Assembly: GCA_012295275.1 (NCBI GenBank)
Contig: CM022665.1
Location: forward strand, 7,254,001-7,318,000
DNA from: Chrysomallon squamiferum
Taxonomy: Eukaryota; Animalia; Mollusca
Direction: 5' to 3'
Length of the DNA stretch: 64,000 bases
The notes beneath the pieces are model-generated. The model saw only the letters and a list, made by a program, of their open reading frames with translations, was not told the DNA's origin and made no database searches. Made by a program: the position numbers and the translations under genes. Positions 60,601 to 64,000 of this stretch are shown one piece after another; position 1 is the first letter of the stretch; each line of letters opens with the position of its first letter.

Positions 60601-63600
60601 TAGATAAAGAGGGGAAACAGAAAAAAAAGTAGAAGAAAACAAAAACCGCCAAAAAATCATTATCAACAAATACTCTTTCTTTTGTTTAGTTTTTAATTAA
60701 TCTTCGAAAGCGGTACGATTATTTAGAAGCGTTCTGAGTTAGATCAAAACTGAAATTGTAATCCTGTCTGAGAATCGGGTTTCATTGATATATTCTAAGT
60801 TAGCTGAAAACACAATTTAATGACTAATAAATATAAAATTCAGACAACTTGAATAGCGACTTAAAAGACTGAACATAAATCAGTATTACTTTATAGGAAA
60901 GAAAAATATAGCTTATTTTACAAAGTGTTTACTTCTTACACACGTTCAACTTCGACAAATAACCTTTGAGAGACCCCTACAGTAGCAAATGACTTCGATA
61001 CACGTTATTTCAATGTAGAGTTAGAGCTGGAGAATGCACACGTATGATAATACATCACCCGGTGTCAAACTTGAACTATTGCCAGACAAAAATCTATTTA
61101 ATTTATTGCGGTGCTCTGCTGAAATACGTAATTATGCATTCTCAATGGCTGATCATTGACATAATTTCTGAATACATCAGTACTAGAATTAATAAACAAT
61201 AAACTGCGAAGTTAATGAAATATCATCCAAACTATTTCATTTCTGTCTTCAATTCATCTCTCTATTCAGACATTTAACAATAAATCTCTCTTAAAATAAC
61301 TAATATCCTAACTGAATGCAAACTGATATTGTACGCCAAGCAAGTTAACACTTTATTTGATTATTTTGAAATAAATCTTGGTCACATTCCACTTTTAAAT
61401 AGAACATTTAAACTGACACAGTAGCTATGCAAAATAAAATATGATTAGCGTTCTACGTGAATTGATTACCGATCTATCACGAACACAATCCACAGAAATC
61501 AGTGTGACCGATATCCCTCACCGTTATCATAATGGCTGTGTCAGTTGTATTGTATACTGTATACTTTGAATGATATATTATACAGCCTTAGCTACGATAA
61601 TGATAACAACAACAAAAAATAATAATAATAATAACAAATCATCATAATCATTATCAACAATCATAACAATAACAATAATAATGATGATGATGATGATGAT
61701 GACAACGATCATGATACCAGTAGTAATAATGTATTTACACAACGAATACGACTAACAACAATATATTAGTCCGTCCACCTATGCCATTAAATATCTCATC
61801 TAGCTGTCACCTTTCCACAGGAAAAATAATCGAGAGGCAAAATTTTGGTGTGTATTATTACCTGTCGTTGAATATCGATTTACAAAACAAGATACCACTT
61901 GTATTTTGATACTGTCTGTGTTTTCCAAACTATGGGAAGGTGCATAATATTGAACAAACAGTTAAACAGTACATAGGACATGCTTATGAAATTACAGGAA
62001 ATGTAAAAGTAATAGCAGCACTATACCAAAAAGATAACCAGAAACAAACAAATCCTTAACAGCAAGTAGCTCCTTAATATTACAATCATCAAAGTGATAT
62101 TTTTTGGGGACACTTATGCGATTAATATAAAATAAAATGTGATAATATATTTTTAATGGTTCTAGAAAAAGAGCAACTGAAGGAAGAAAGAGATGCTCAC
62201 GAAAAAGAGGCTCAGGCAAAAGCGACTAAAGCTCGTGCTGAAACAGCTAAGGCAGCAGCCAGCGTCTCAGAATCAGAAGTGGTGGCCAGACAAGCGGAAG
62301 CGGAAGCCATTCAAGCAGAACTCGCAGCCAAAATAGCACGTGATCTTGTACACGACATCATCCGAGCGGCGGAAGATGCAAAACTGGCTGCGGAGGAGGA
62401 ACAAAGACTTGAGGAGGAAGAGAAGAGGAAAGCAGAGGAGATGGAGAGACAGAAAGCCGAGGAAGAGAGGAGAAAAGTAGAACAGGAAAGGAAATTGGAA
62501 GAGGAAGCTAGAAAGAATGTTTCTGAAAATAAGAATGAAGAACAAGAGAAGAAGAACAGAGAAGAGGAAAGAAAGAATCCAAAGAAATGGCCAAGATACA
62601 TGTAACTAATTTTGAAAAAACACATAATAATACTAATAACTTTATCTGTTTGATGTAGTTATTCACTAATTTAACTGTTAAAATAAACTGTCAGCAAATA
62701 TGTAATCTTTTCCAGTGTAGTTATGAAGTCTCTGGTTTTAAAGGTTTTCTTGACGTCCTGTCAACAAGTTATTAATTCAATGATATTATCTTCACACACT
62801 GTATTTAGAAATAGAGTAATAACTTCATATTATATAAAACTTCAACTCATGACTTTGAGAAAATTTCATAATTGAATAAAAAATTTATTTCACAGTTACA
62901 GTATCGAAGGTGGTGATTTTAATCCGGGTATTGGTTGCATTGTTCGGGCCATTACTGGAAGTTTATCTCGAGACGATATTGAGATAAACAGGATAGATCA
63001 GCTCTCTGGCATCCTCCAGCTTCATGGAAACGAAGAACTTGTCAGCAACATCGTCCAGGTTAAACAGGTGGACACTGAGAAAACATTCACGGTATGACCA
63101 GGGATAAATAAGAATTCTTAATAAGTTAATCTTTTAGAAATCTAATCTTAAGTGTACCTTTGGTCGTATGTACAACTATTACTTTGTACATTTTCAAATT
63201 ATTGTTTTATCTTAAATTAGCCATCACACCTTACTAATATTAAACTATATCAATAAAGCACGCATAGAATGTAAAATTTTCTTTTGTTGTTCTTCTTTTT
63301 TTTTTCCTGATGTCATTTCATACATAGAACGATAAAATAATGATAATAATAGTAACAACAAGAAACAAAGAAACAAAAATAAAGAAAGAACATTTTTTTT
63401 TTGTTTAACCCTGTTAGTGAATAGTGTCAAATAGTTACCCTTTACAATGAATAGTGACAAAATAATATACAATTTAAATTATTTAAATATGGTTACGCTA
63501 TGAATGTTACTGAAACATTATTTCAGTTTGAAGAACCTTTTTACTTGGCTATACCCCACTGTGCACCTCGTACTGGCATAGGAAGAGAACCTGTCATCAA

Positions 63601-63667
63601 AATGCTAAACAAGGACAACCAGTGGATTGAACTTCGTACTTATGATGCCTATTTTGAAGATATTAAG
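57624..63667 (+). CDS. DTHD1: Death domain-containing protein 1-like (ZU5-type), 5' part; long acidic/coiled-coil N-terminus; 1-nt frameshift near 58018; gene continues beyond the window
   Basis: Exons 57624-59210 (broken by a frameshift at 58017-58019), 62166-62601, 62896-63091, 63527-63667 join in phases 1, 2 and 0. ...GCIVRA...NEELVSNIVQV...FEEPFYLAIPHCAPRTGIGREPVIK... resembles the ZU5-like region of DTHD1 (EELVSNVI...IAIPF, recalled). The death domain itself is not in the window. Confidence 0.65.
57924..58341 (+). repeat. Coding 18-bp minisatellite (about 23 units, consensus GAGCATCCTGAAGTTGGT) encoding EVG(E/D)H(P/T/S) hexapeptides
   Basis: Unit repeats visible directly, e.g. ggtgagcatcctgaagtt ggtgagcatactgaagtt ggtgatcattctgaagtt. 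Confidence 0.95.
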
Positions 63668-64000
63668 GTGATAGTTATTTTTATTATTAAGACAAACCTA
63701 ATAGGTATTCATTCCCTTTACTATTAATCGATGCTGTGCTATTGCAATAAATGCCGTTTCAGTATTTTGTTATATGCGCATCGAATGGTGTATGCCTCGT
63801 TAAACGACATCAACAATAATAACAACAGTAATAGTAATAATAATAATAATAACAATAATAACAATAATAATAATAAAAATAATAATAAAAATAATAATCT
63901 CCTGGACATTAATCTGCTGCTGATAATTTGTAAACCTTCATGCAAATAATAATCATCATCATCATTATCGAACACATCTGTCGCAGTAAATGAAAGAATA

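Overview
Very AT-rich, microsatellite-rich, intron-containing animal genomic DNA, probably a mollusc such as a gastropod (inference from composition, protein style and repeat relics). Six spliced protein-coding genes could be rebuilt by hand from splice sites and reading-frame phase: MRPL14 (-), cytosolic malate dehydrogenase MDH1 (+, head-to-head with MRPL14), an EHD1/3-type EH-domain ATPase (-), NEMF/Rqc2 (-, 34 coding exons), an SLC46-family transporter (+) and the 5' part of a DTHD1-like ZU5 protein (+, runs off the window, with a His/acidic hexapeptide array and a 1-nt frameshift). Degenerate Tigger/pogo DNA transposons and LINE/SINE relics lie in introns and intergenic DNA. The most striking observation is that the MDH1 stop codon (TGA, 17610-17612) is followed in frame by CAA CCT TCA AAA CTC TGA = Q-P-S-K-L-stop. 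This is a hidden canonical peroxisomal targeting signal (PTS1) reachable by stop-codon readthrough, in a UGA-CAA-CCU context rather than the UGA-CUA(G) context known for vertebrate MDH1x. Most entries in the supplied ORF track are low-complexity or antisense artefacts. Comparisons to human genes and repeat consensuses are from memory and need database confirmation.
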